The notes below the pieces were generated by a model. The model worked only from the letters and a program-made list of their open reading frames with translations. It was not told where the DNA came from and ran no database searches. The position numbers were made by a program, and so were the translations under genes. Below, piece after piece: positions 1-15,149 of a stretch of DNA of 64,000 bases. Within the stretch, counting starts at the first letter, position 1; every line of letters starts with the position of its first letter. The DNA is from the human T2T-CHM13v2.0 reference genome, Homo sapiens: NCBI RefSeq assembly GCF_009914755.1, contig NC_060929.1. One strand, written 5' to 3'.

Positions 1-439
1 GTTTTGTTTTCCATTGAGCTTCTGCATTCCATGACTCTCTAGGATAGCCTTCTATGGGAAATTAATTAAACAGCATCGTTTACAATGCCTTGCCATCCTT
101 GTCTGTACTTGAAATGCACTAAAGGAACACTAGGCATCCATTCATTCTAGCTCTTACTCATCTACAAGTTACACCCATGGCATTAGCTTTAGCAGAAGAA
201 GTGATAATGTCTCCAGAACATTGAAAGCAATATAAAATAGACTCTTGCCCTAGTCCTATCACAAGAGCTTGAAAACACTTCCAAACAAGTCCATTTGAGC
301 CTGATAATTTTCCTAGGACAGTTGTAAGCAGGAAGAGCACTGGCCAGAGGACGTTGAGTAAATCACTTCATTTCTTTATTAAATGTGAGTAATCATAGTG
401 TAAGCCCTGTCACGAAGTAAGAAGGGCACCAGGTTTGGA

Positions 440-645
440 CTGAGGCAAATCCATGTCAAAGTTTCAGCTCCACTCTACTGATGGCATCACCTTGGCCAAG
501 TCACTTAACTTTTCTTGGCCTTTGTTTTCTCACTTACCAAAAAGCAACGGTGAGGTTTACCTTGCAAAGTAGCTGTGAAAATGAGGGAAAATATACATAA
601 ACCAGCCAATTGCAAGCACATAGCAACTCGATAAAATGTAAGTAG
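440..645 (+). mobile_element. MIR SINE fragment
   Basis: MIR core-like 'accttggccaagtcacttaacttttcttggcctttgttttctcac' plus 3' 'cacatagcaactcgataaaatgta'; boundaries approximate. Confidence 0.6.
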
Positions 646-959
646 GTTTGCTCACAGGGTTTTTCTAAAAATGAAATGAGAGTTCAAAAATGCCATGGTA
701 CCCTATCTCCAAAGAGTGCATTTTTGTGAATAACTGGGAGTTGGGCTCTGAATATATCACCAAAAATTATTTGTAGATAAGTCTGCCAGAAGGTATATGT
801 AATCTTGGGACAGTCATGTAAAGAAATGATATTTTCTTGTGGACTTTTAGAAAGTACCCCTGACTGTCTTACTTTTCTGTCCAAAGCCGTCACAGGCCTC
901 CAGTTACATTTTGAATAAGATTCAAAGCCCAGAATTCAGTCTCCCAGATCTACCAGATT

Positions 960-1365
960 CAGCCCTGACATGTTCACTGTGCTCTGTCTAGTCCAATGGA
1001 CTCTCTTGTTCCTAAAACATTCCGAGCCACCAGACCTCAGAGCCTTTGCATATTCTGTTTCCTCTTCAAGAGCAAACTCCACCCCCAGATATCCATGATT
1101 CTCTTCACTCCAACCCTGCTCGAATGCATCCCTCAACATTGGTCTTTCCTGACCCCTATCCAAGACAGCACCCTCACTCATTCCTCTCTGTCCTCTTATC
1201 TACTTCATTTTTCCTCATAGCTTTTCTCACTACCTAACTTTAAGTTATATATTAATTAATTAACATGTAACTTTTATGTAAGTCCCACGAGAGCAGTGAC
1301 TTTATTCATTTATGAATCTCCAGAACAATGCCTAGGACATAGTAGGTCTGTGTGACATTTGTGAT
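960..1365 (+). mobile_element. L2 LINE 3' fragment
   Basis: L2 3'-end motifs 'ctcagagcctttgcatattctgtttcctct' and 'cagaacaatgcctaggacatagtagg'; boundaries approximate. Confidence 0.55.
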
Positions 1366-2931
1366 GATTTACTTTGAAATAATTTAGTGTGAGTAGCATG
1401 ATATGATGAATGTGGGAATAAGATAATCCTCAAAAGGATTAATACCTGAGGGCTACTTTATTATCATAAGAAGTGTTAGAAATACATTGGGATTGGTATA
1501 ACGTATGATGTTTGAGACATGCGACTGGCTGGGAGTGACGTGCAAGGACTCAGTGCTCTTAAATGACTTGGATAAATCAACTACCCCTCTCCATTGCTGC
1601 ACTAGAGAGCCAAGCTTGCCTCTTCCCACCCTTTCCCATAGAGGATCCATTGGCTTGTCAGGAGAAAAGACTGCAAACACTGCTGGAAGAAGCTACTGTT
1701 TGCTTCCTACTGGGCCTTTTTCATGCAAGAGTCTGCTCAATGTGCCTAAAGTGGGGGAGAGAGAGAGAGAAAGAGAAAGAGAGGAGTTCAGAGCTGCACA
1801 CTGGGCCTGCTGGCTCATAAATGTCTGTAAGATTGATGAACCCTGCTCAGGGATGCACCTTCATTGCAAGACACCACCTCATAAGCGAGCCTGCAGGCTG
1901 GTCATGTGCAAACCTTGTTGGCTTCCATCCTCTGGAGGCTAAGGAGTTTCCTCAGGAGAACCTGACATTCACAATGTTTATACACATCAAGCAAATCAAA
2001 ATAAGTTCAGCTTTGATGGTAATAGCACTCAGTAGAGATATATGAAAAAAGAATAAATGAATCAATGACTATTTTTCCTCAATCTTCCAGGGTAAATTAC
2101 AGTGTGGATTTGACACTAAAATCTTTAACAATGTTGTCTACTTGAAACCAGGCTTTTTTTTTTTTTATTTAAGGGAAAGCTCATTGACCTTGTTTTCCTT
2201 CTGTGTCTTCATTGTTGCTCTGTTCTTTCTTCTGTGAAATAAAACTCGGTCACATTTGCTGGCAGTCCTCCTAATCAAACCTCAGCTGGGAGAAGGCCTC
2301 AGCTTCTGCTGTGCTGTGGCTTACTGTCAGTTCTCTCTTTAACATTCTCATCATGACTTGGGGGAAGAAAAGGTATTTCGAATCTCTATGTCAGGAGGCA
2401 ATAACTTTCTGCTCTGCTCTAACCCATCACAAAAGCCACAGCAAGTGACTCCCACAAGTTTTTCCCAATTTACCTGTGTCACTGATTCAGTGACACTGGG
2501 AAATGTTTCTTTAAAAAAAAATTTCACTAGTGGGATTACATAAGATGGTCTCTCTCCCCCAAATTTTTTCCATGTACCAAATAAGAAATTGTGGTTCCTT
2601 CATAAGAACACCTGGTTGTAATATAATCTACATTTTTCTTAGAAGTCTTTTGATTTGTTATACAGTTGTTCATTGAGGAAGAACTGTGTGAGCCAAAAAG
2701 AGACCACATTAACAGTTTTGATGTCAGGGACACACCTGGGGGTCACCGCTGCAGCCAGTGCTCAGAGGCCTCTTTGAAACCCTCAGCTGGAATAACCTGA
2801 CTCCACCAGGTCAGGTACTCCTACCTAGGAGTAACCTGGCTCTCTCAGCAGCAACAGCCCAGTATCTAAATGTCTGAATCATTTAAACATTGTCATTGAG
2901 TCCCGTGGGCAAAAGTGTACTTACCCTCTAG

Positions 2932-3378
<447 letters not shown>

Positions 3379-3860
3379 TAACAAGTGAAAAAAGCCATAT
3401 CCCCAGGTTTCCGTGATAAAGAAGTTCTTCTCTAGAAAAAATTAAACAGAGAGAGAATAGCCAGGAGTTGCTTCCAGAATTTATATACAGCGGATGATAT
3501 GCACTAAGTTCATCTTTCCCACCAAGTGCCATTCAGATCCCTTCCACAATTAGACAATGAGGGCTAGTGACCACTACCAACATTCACACAAGCATCATAT
3601 GATAATGAAGCAAAACTTTAATATTCAACAATCTGTATCGCACATTGAATTGTTTCTCAGAACCAGGTTTGACCATCTACATAGTCTTATTTAACAGAAT
3701 TACTACCAATATGCTCAGCCAAAAAGGTGTGTTATATGGCCAAGCATCTCCTTTGTATCTGGACATAGGTAACACATAAAGGGGGACTAAAAAATTATCC
3801 TTGCCTCAAAAAGTTATTTTAACAATAATCTTCAAGTGGATTTAATAATATCACCCAATA

Positions 3861-4014
3861 TTAGCCAAACATTGTGGCACGCACCTGTAGTCCCAGCGAC
3901 TCGGAAGGCTGCGGCAAGAGTATCACTTTAAGCCCAGGAGTCCAAGGTTGCAGTGAGCTATGATCCTACCACTGCACTGCAGCCTGGGTGACAGAGTGAG
4001 AACCCATCTCTAAA

Positions 4015-4050
<36 letters not shown>

Positions 4051-4060
4051 TAGTAATAGT
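3861..4060 (+). mobile_element. Alu right monomer (FRAM or 5'-truncated AluJ) with (AAT)n tail
   Basis: 'gcacctgtagtcccagc...gcccaggagtccaaggttgcagtgagctatgatc'; 14-bp TSD aat(a/g)tcacccaata at 3847-3860 and 4061-4074. Confidence 0.9.
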
Positions 4061-4609
4061 AATGTCACCCAATAAACTCCTATTTCAACCACACAAATTA
4101 TTTATGTTTCTTTTAATCTAATTTTTTTCAAAACTTTTGAGTACATACCTAAAATAGTTTGGGCCATTTCCCCCTGCCATGTGCTGTTATTTCTCGTAAT
4201 CAAGAAGAATTAGAACATTTATTTTTAATCACCTTCTGTTCAACCTGGAGATTTCTTAAAAATCATGATTAGTTCTAGATTAGTTTAAAATAGATGTAAA
4301 ATCCTGACATTGAATTTTTCTCCCCATTAGAGAGGTTTCTTTAAAGTCCATAAATTGTGTTATTTTAAGATGTATACAACAATTTGTCTACAGATCTTTT
4401 TATTGTCAGAAATAGCTCCAATTTGGGATGGACATAGTTCCTTAGAGACCCTTTGCTAAACACAGTGCCTTTTGAAGCCTTGAAAAATGCCCAAAAATTA
4501 ATTATTTTTTCCCTTCTTACCAGTAATTGTTTATTACATAAAACATTTTTGACCAGTAACTAAGCTCAGTGAACTAGGTAGGCACATAGCCCAATTTTGT
4601 TTCAGCACT

Positions 4610-4845
4610 TACAATGAATTCAGCTGTATTCTAAGCACTTTAAATATGGTGACTTATTTAATCCTCTTAACAACCCTATAAATAGGTACTATTATCTCAT
4701 TATCTCCACTTACTGACTAGGGACTTGAGGCCCAAAGAGGTTAAGTACCTTGCCACCAAGGCCCTGTGACTAAAATACGATGAAGCCAAGGGGTGGACCT
4801 AGATAGTCTGGCATGCAAACTGACCTCTTAACCACTTTTCCATAC
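4610..4845 (-). mobile_element. MIR SINE
   Basis: 'atttaatcctcttaacaaccctataaataggtactattat...gaggcccaaagaggttaagtaccttgcc' is the reverse MIR core. Confidence 0.75.
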
Positions 4846-4924
4846 TGACTTCCTTCAATCTAGTGTATACAAATATTTACCAATAAAATAGCTACTTTAA
4901 ACGTCTTATTAAAAAATGACTTTG

Positions 4925-5490
4925 GGATATCTATCAATAGTAGAATGAATAAATAAAGGTTTTGTGTACTCATTTACCGTACACTAAAATACACAGCAAT
5001 AAATAAGAACTACTGATATATGCAGCAAGTTAGATGATTCTCACAAATGTAATATTGCATAAAAGAAGTCAGACACAAAAGAGTACATACTTTTTATGAT
5101 TTTATCCATATGAGGGTTTCTCAACATCAGCTCTATTGACATTCTGAGTGACAAAATCCTCTGATGTGCGGCATTTTCCTGTACATTGTAGGATGTTAGT
5201 AGCATCCCTGGTCTCTACCTAACAGATGCCAATATTACCCCCACCCCAAGGCCCGTTATGAAAACCAAAAATGTTTCCAGACATTGCCAAATGTCCTCTT
5301 GGGGATAAAACCACTTTCAGATGAGAGCCACTGATATATGGAGATCAAAACCAGTCAAGGCTAGTCTATGGCATTAGAGGCTAGAATAGTGCTCAGGAAG
5401 CCTTCTGGAAATGTTCTAGATCTTGATTTGAGTGATGGTTATATTTAAAATTCATAAGATACAAACATTTTATTGTACGTAAATCATACA
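4925..5490 (+). mobile_element. Old L1M (L1ME/MC-type) 3' end, interrupted by MER20
   Basis: 'tcacaaatgtaatattgcataaaagaagtcagacacaaaagagtacatac' and 'tagatcttgatttgagtgatggtta' are typical L1M 3' UTR sequence. Confidence 0.6.
5112..5333 (-). mobile_element. MER20 hAT-Charlie MITE
   Basis: Termini 'agggtttctcaac...tgagagccactg'; internal 'aaccaaaaatgtttccagacattgccaaatgtcc'; ~220 bp. Confidence 0.9.
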
Positions 5491-6801
5491 AGACTTTTTA
5501 AAAATATTCTTTAAATTAAAAAAAATTAATTATTTGCTGGGAGTGGGAGCATAAGAAGTACTTTGAGAACTCAGGAAGAAACAATTCCGTGAGAGATGAA
5601 AGATTCATGAAGGCTTCCAGGAGGGCAGGGGCCTGAGTAGGAAGGATCTGAAGAGTGGCATGAGTGGAAGAGGGCAGGGCGTTCCAATCACAGGAGACAG
5701 CAAGGCCAAAGGCAGAGAAGCAAGGTCATGCTCTATTAAGAGCATTTTGCCACGTACTATTTTTTTTATGAATATAACCAAGGGAAATTCAAAATGCATG
5801 CTTGCGTAATATCCTTCTAGGGGGTAGGATCTAGGTCAATGCTGTGTTCAGGAGGGGATGTAATAATCACCATTTGGTAATGGTGAAAATTAAACCTTTG
5901 AAATTAAATAGGATGAAAAACCATTGGGCATTTCAGCTCATTACCTCACTATCGCAGAATTCCCCACTGTCATCTATTCTTGCTATTTGTCCAGACTTTT
6001 TCCATCCCAGGTGAATGATGCTTCCGCTACATTTTTTTCATAAGGCTAGTCAATATAGAAATAAAACTCTACTGGGAAGTTCCCTACCGTTTTTTTAGCC
6101 ATCATTTTCTTTCAAGCTACTAATTACTGTTGGTTGTGTTATTCGTCATCATCTTTAATTGAGCATGAACAATGGCTCCACACTGTAAAGAAAATGTTAG
6201 AAGAGACTTGTTTTATTGAAGCCAGAGGATTTGGAACTGACTTCAAGAGGAAAAATAATGAGAAATAGAAATCTAGCAAAAATAAGGTGGCCACTGCTTT
6301 AACTCTACAGAATGCAGATCTTCCCTGTGTGGATGATCTCACATAGGGCATTTCATGTCCTCAGTCCTGAGTATGAAGGGCTGCGAGGGAGACCCCAGCC
6401 AGGCACCAATCATGCTCATCATTACACAGGCACACCTCAGAGACATTGCGGGGTTGGTTCCAGACAGACTACTGCAATAAAATGAATATCAAAATTAAGC
6501 GGGTCACACTAATTTGTTTGTTTCTCGGTGCATATAAAAGTTATGTTTACACTACATTATAGTATATTAAGTGTACAATTGCATCATGTCTAAAAAAATG
6601 TACATACCTTAATTTAAAAATACCTTATGCTAAAATATGCTAATGATCACCTGAGCCTTCAGGGAATTGGCATCTTTTGCTGGTTGGTCTTTTTGCTGAG
6701 GATCTTGCCTCAGTGTCAATGGCTGCAGACTGATCAAGGTAGGGGTTGCTGAAGGTGGATGGCTGTGGCAATTCCTTAATATAAGGCAACAGTGAAGTTT
6801 G

Positions 6802-8455
<1,654 letters not shown>

Positions 8456-8496
8456 TCAAATGTTCTCCACATTAGCAATAAGGGTGTTTCATTCTC

Positions 8497-8825
8497 TTTA
8501 ATTTCAACTTTTAGTTTAGATACAAGAGGTACATGTGCAGGTTTGTTACATGGGAATATTACATGATGCTGAGGTTTGGGGTATGGACCCCAACACTCAG
8601 GTAGTGAGCATAGTGGCCAATTGGTAGTTTTTCAACCCATAACCCCTCCCTTCCCCTCCTCCATCTAGTAGTACACAGAGTCTATTGTTCCCATATTTAT
8701 GTCCATGTGTGCTTGATGTTTAGTTCCCATTTATAAGTGAGAACATGCAGTATTTGGTTTTCCATTCTTGCCTTAATTTGCTTAGGATGATGGCCTCCAG
8801 CTGCATCCATGTTGCTGCAAAGGAC
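8497..8825 (-). mobile_element. L1PA15/16-type 3' fragment nested in Tigger1
   Basis: 'acatgtgcaggtttgttacatggg...gatgctgaggtttggggtatg...caggtagtgagcatagt' is a diagnostic older L1PA 3' UTR. Confidence 0.85.
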
Positions 8826-10669
8826 TGATGCTCAGCATCGCTTTATCATTTGTGTATTCACTGGAGTAGTGCTTTTAATTTCCTTCAATAACTTTTTCTT
8901 TGACTTCACAACTTGGCTATTTTGTGCAAGTGGGCTAGCTTTCTAAAGTGCCTTCCTCACTAAACTTAATCATTTCTAGCTTTTGATTTAAAGTGAGAAA
9001 TATGTGTCCCTTCCTTTCACTTGAACACTTAGAGGCCATTGTAGGGTTATTAATTGGCCTAATTTCAATAACATTGTGTCTCAGGGAATAGGGAGGCCTG
9101 AGGAAAGGGAGAAAGGGGAACAGCTAGTCAGTGGAGCAGTCAGAACACACACATTTATCTGTCAAGTTTGCTGTCTTGTGTGGGCACAGTTTGTGATGCC
9201 CTAAAACAATGACAACAGTAACAACTAAGATCTCTAATCACAGATCACCACAACAGATATCATAATAATGAAAAAGTGTGAAATAATAGGAGAATCACCA
9301 AAATGTGACACAGAGACACAAAATGAGCACAGCATGTTGGTAAAATGGTGCCAATGGGCTCGCTCAATGCTGGGTTGCCACAAACCTTCAATTTTTTTTT
9401 TTTTTAAATGAAGTATCTGTGAAGCACAATAAAGCACAGAGCAATAAAACAAGTCATGCCTGTACTGGGGGAAGGAGGGCCCCAGAGCCTAGACTGCAGA
9501 GGAGAATGTAGCACTACTTTGTATTCTGCTTCATATTTTCTATTCTATGCAGAGATCCAAAAACACTGCCTAGAGGGCAGGATAGTCACTCCGCAGACTC
9601 CAAGAATTTATTTTTTTATTTATTTGTTATTGTTAATATTTCACAGTTTACCTCTAATTCTTTTTTTTTTTAAGTTCTGGGATACAAGTGCAGACTGTGT
9701 AGGTTTGTTACATGGGTATATGTGTGCCATGGTGGTTTGCTGCACCTATCAACCCATCATTTAGGTTTTAAGCCCCACGTGTGTTAGCTATTTGTCCTAA
9801 TGCTCTCTCTCCCCCTTCCCCCAGCCCCCAACAGGCCCAGTGTGTGATGTTCCCCTTCCTGTGTCCATGTGTTCTCATTGTTCATCTCCCGTTTATGAGT
9901 GAGAACATGCGGTGTTTGGTTTTCCGATCCTGTGTTAGTTTGCTGAGGATGATGGCTTCCAGCTTCATCCATGTCCCTCCAAAGGACACGATATCATTCC
10001 ATCTTATGGCTGCATAGTATTTCATGGTGTATATGTACCACATTTTCTTTATCCAGTCTATCATTGATGGGCATTTGGGTTGGTTCCATGTCCTTGCTAT
10101 TGTAAATAATCTTGTAATAAACGTACATGTGTATATGTCTTTATAGTAGGATGATTTATATTCCTTTGGGTATTGACTCAGTAATGGGATTGCTGGGCCA
10201 AATGGTATTTCTAGTTCTAGATCCTTGAGGAACTGACACACTGTCTTCTAAAATGGTTGAACTAATTTACATTCCCACCAACAGTGTAAAAGCATTCTTA
10301 TTTCTCCACAGCCTTGCCAGCATCTATTGTTTCTTGACTTTTTAATAATCACCATCTGACTGGTATGAGATGGTATCTCATTGTGATTTTGATTTGCATT
10401 TCTCTAATGATCCGTGATGTTGAGCTTTTTTTCATGTTTGTTGGCCTCATAAATGTCTTTTTTTGAGAAGTATCTGTTCATATCTTTTGCCCACTTTTTG
10501 ATAGGGTTGTTGGTTTTTTCTTGTAAATTTGTTTAAGTTTCTTGTAGATTCTGGATATTAGACCTTTATCATATGGGTAGATTGCAAAAATTTTCTCCCA
10601 TTCTCTAGGTTGCCTGTTCACTCCAATGGTAGTTTCTTTTGCTGTGCAGAAGCTCTTTACTTTAATTAG

Positions 10670-11230
<561 letters not shown>

Positions 11231-12662
11231 TAAAATAGGGAATGCTTTTCCCATTGCTTGTTTTTGTCAGGTTTGTTGAAGATCAGATGGTTGCAGATGT
11301 GTGGTATTATTTCTGAGGTCTCTGTTCTGTTACATTGGTCTATATATCTGTTTTGGTACTAGTACCATGCTATTTTGGTCACTGTAGCCTTGTAGTATAG
11401 TTTGAAGTCAGGTAGCGTGATGCCTCCAGCTTTATTCTTTTTGCTTAAGATTGCCTTGGTTATACAGGTTCTTTTTTGATTCCATGTGAAATTTAAAATA
11501 GTTTTTTTCTAATTCTGTGAAGAATGTCAATGGTAGTTTGATGGGAATTACATTGAATCTATAAATTGCTTTGTACAGTATGGCCATTTTCATGATATTG
11601 ATTCTTCCTATCCATGAGGATGGAATGTGTTTCCATTTGTTTGTGTCCTCTCTTATTTCCTTGAGCAGTGGTTTGTAGTTCTCCCTGAAGAGGTCCTTCA
11701 CATCCCTTGTTAGCTGTATTCCTAGGTATTTTATTCTCTGTGTAGCAATTGTGAATGGGAGTTCATTCATGATTTGGCTCTCTGTCTATTGTTGGTGTAT
11801 AGAAATGCTTGTAATTTTTGCACATTGATTTTGTATTCTGAGACTTTGCTGAAGTTGCTTATCAGCTTAAGGAGTTTTTGGGCTGAGACAATGGGGTTTT
11901 CTAAATACAGAATCATGTTGTCTGCAAACAGAGACAATTTGACTTCCTCTCTTCCTATTTGAATACCCTTTATTTCTTTTTCTTGCCTCGTTGCCGTGGC
12001 CAGAACTTCCAATACTATGTTGAATACGAGTGGTGAGATGGGGCATCCTTGTCTTGTGCCAGCTTTCAAAGGGAATGCTTCCAGTTTTGCCCATTCAGTA
12101 TGATATTGGCTGTGGGTTTGCCATAAATAGTTCTTAGTATTTTGAGATATACTCTATCAATACCTAGTTTATTGAGAGTTTTTGACATGAAAGAACTTTG
12201 AATTTTATCAAAGGCCTTTTCTGCATCTATTGAGACGATCATGTGGTTTTTGTCATTGCTTCTGTTTATGTGATGGATTATGTTTATTGATTTGCATATA
12301 TTGAACAGGCCTTGCATCCCAGGGATAAAGTCAAGTTCTGTTGATGTCTATTAGGTCCACTTGATCCAGAGCTGAGTTCAAGTCCTGAATATTTTGTTAA
12401 TTTTTCCATCTCATTGATCTGTCTAATATCGACAGTGAGGTGTTAATGTCTCCCACTATTATTGTGTGAAAGTCTAAGTCTCTTTGTAGGTCTCTAAGAA
12501 CTTGTTTTAAGAACCTGAGTACTCCTGTATTGGGTACTCAGATTTATATATCCTAAATATATATGCACTTTTTTTTTTTTTTTTTTTTTGCTTTCTATTT
12601 GCTTGCTAAATTTTCCACAGTCACTTTATTTTGAGCCTCTGTGTGTTTGCACATGAGATGGG

Positions 12663-14952
12663 TGTATTAGTCTGTCTTTATGCTGCTGATAAAGACATAC
12701 CTGAGACTGGGAAGAAAAAGAGGTTTAATTGGACTTAGAGTTTCATATAGCTGGGGAGGCCTCAGAATCATGGCGGGAAGTGAAAGGCACTTCTTACATG
12801 GCAGCAGGAAGAGAAAATGAGGAAGAAGCAAATGCAGAGACCCCTGATAAACCCATCAGATCTCATGAGACTTATTCACTATCACGAGAATAGCATGGGA
12901 AAAACCAGCCCCCATGATTCAATTACCTCCCTCTGGGTCCCTCCTACAACATGTGGGGATTCTGGGAGATATAATTCAAGTTGAGATTTGGATACGGACA
13001 CAGCTAGACCACATTATTCTGCCCCTGGTCCCTCCAAATCTCATGTCCTCACATTTCAAAACCAATCGTGCTTTCCCAACAGTCCCCCAAAGTCTTAACT
13101 CATTTCAGCATTAACCCAAAAGTCCACAGTCCAAAGTCTCATCTGAGACAAGGCAAGTCCCTTCTGTCTAAGAGCCTGTAAAATCAAAACAAACTAGTTG
13201 CTTCCTAGATACAATGGTGGTACAGGTATTGGGTAAATACAGCCATTCCACATGGAAGAAATTGGCCAAAACAAAAGGGTTACAGGGCCCATAGAAGTCA
13301 GAAATCCAGCAGGGCCATCAAATTTTATAGTTCCAAAATAATCTCTTTTGACTCCAGGTCGCATATCCAGGTCACTCTGATGCAAGAGGTGGGTCCCCAT
13401 GGTCTTGGGCAGCTCTGTCCCCATGGATTTGCAGGAGACAGCCTCCCTCCTAGCTGCTTTCACAGGCTTGTGTTGAGTGTCTGTGGCTTTTCCAGGCACA
13501 CTGCACAAGCTGTTGGTGGATCTACCATTCTGGAGTCTGGAGAACTGTGGCCCTCTTCTCACAGCTCCACTAGGCAGTGCCCCAGTAGGGACTCTGTGTG
13601 GGGGACTCCAATCCCACATTTCCCTTCTGCACTGCCCTAGAAGAGGTTTTCCATGAGGGCCCTGCCCCTGCAGCAAACTCTTGCTTGGGCATCCAGGCAT
13701 TTCTGTACATCTTCTGAAATCCAGGTGCAGGTTCCCAAACCTCAATTCTTGACTTCTGTGCACCTGCAGGCTCAACCCCACATGGAAGCTACCAAGGATA
13801 GAGGCTTCCGCCTCTGAATCCACCACCCAAGCTGTACATTGGTCCCTTTCAGTCATGGCTGGAGCAGCTGGGACACAGGGCAAGAAGTCCCTAGGCTGCA
13901 CACAGCATGGAGTCCCTGGGTCTGGCCCATGAAACCACTTTTTCTTCCTGGGCCTCCAGGGCCTATGATGGGAGGGCCTGCCATGAAGGTCTCTGACATG
14001 GCCTGGAGACATTTTCCCCATGGTCTTGGGGATTAACATTAGACTCCTTGCTACTTATGCAAATTTCTGCAACTGGCTTGAATTTCTCCCCAGAAAATGG
14101 GTTTTTCTTTTCTGCTGCATCATCAGGCTCTGCAAATTTTCCAAACTTTTATGCTCCATTTGCCTTTCAAAACAGAATGCTTTTAACAGCACACAAATCA
14201 CATTTTGAATGCTTTGCTGTCTAGAAATTTCTTCCGCCATTTACCCCACATCATCTCTCTGAAGTTCAAAGTTCCGCAAATCTCTAGGGCAGGGGCAAAA
14301 TGCCACCAGTCTCTTTACTAAAATATAACAGGAGTCACTTTTGTGCCAGTTCCCAACAAGTTCCTCACCCCCATGTGAGACCACCTCAGCCTGGATTTTA
14401 TTGTCCATATTGCTATCAGCATTTTGGGCAAAGCCATTCAACAAGTCTCTAGGAAGTTCCAAACTTTCCCACATTTTCCTGTCTTCTTCTGAGCCCATGA
14501 AACTGTTCCTATCTCTGCCTGTTACCCATTTCCAAAGTTGCTTCCACATTTTCAGGTATCTTTTCAGCAATGCCCCACTCTGCTGGTACCAATTTACTGT
14601 ATTGGTCCTATTTTCATGCTGCTGATAAAGACATACCCGAGACCGGGAAGAAAAAGAGGTTTAATTGGACTTACAGTTCCATATGGCTGGGCAGGCCTCA
14701 GAATCATGGTGGGAGGCGAAAGGTACTTCTTACATGGCAGCAGCAAGAGAAAATGAGGAAGAAGCAAATGCAGAGACCCGTGATAAACCCATCAGATCTC
14801 GTGAGACTTATTCACTATCAAGAGAACAGCATAGGAAAGACTGGCCCCCATGATTCAATTACCTCCCCCTGGGTCCCTCCCACAACATGTGGGAATTCTG
14901 GGAGACACAATTCAAGTTCAGATTTGGATAGGGACATAGCCAGACCATATCA
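12663..14952 (-). mobile_element. THE1A MaLR element, complete (LTR-int-LTR), nested in L1 ORF2
   Basis: Two ~355-bp LTRs (12663-13016, 14598-14952) with 'gggaagaaaaagaggtttaattggactta'; ~1580-bp internal region; 5-bp TSD atggg at 12658-12662 and 14953-14957. Confidence 0.95.
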
Positions 14953-15149
14953 ATGGGTCTCCTGAATACGCACACCAATACGTCTTGACTCTTTATCCCA
15001 TTTGCCAGTCTGTGTCTTTTATTCAGGGCATTTAGCCCATTTACATTTAATGTTAATATTGTTATGTGTGAATATAATCCTGTCATCATGATGCTAGCTG
15101 GTTATTTTGCACAGTAGTTGGTGCAGTTTCTTGATAGTGTCAATGGTCC

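Noticed and set aside
13194-14039. 281-aa ORF, the longest in the window
   Set aside because: It lies wholly inside THE1-int and is a fragment of the MaLR internal region broken across several frames, not a novel gene.
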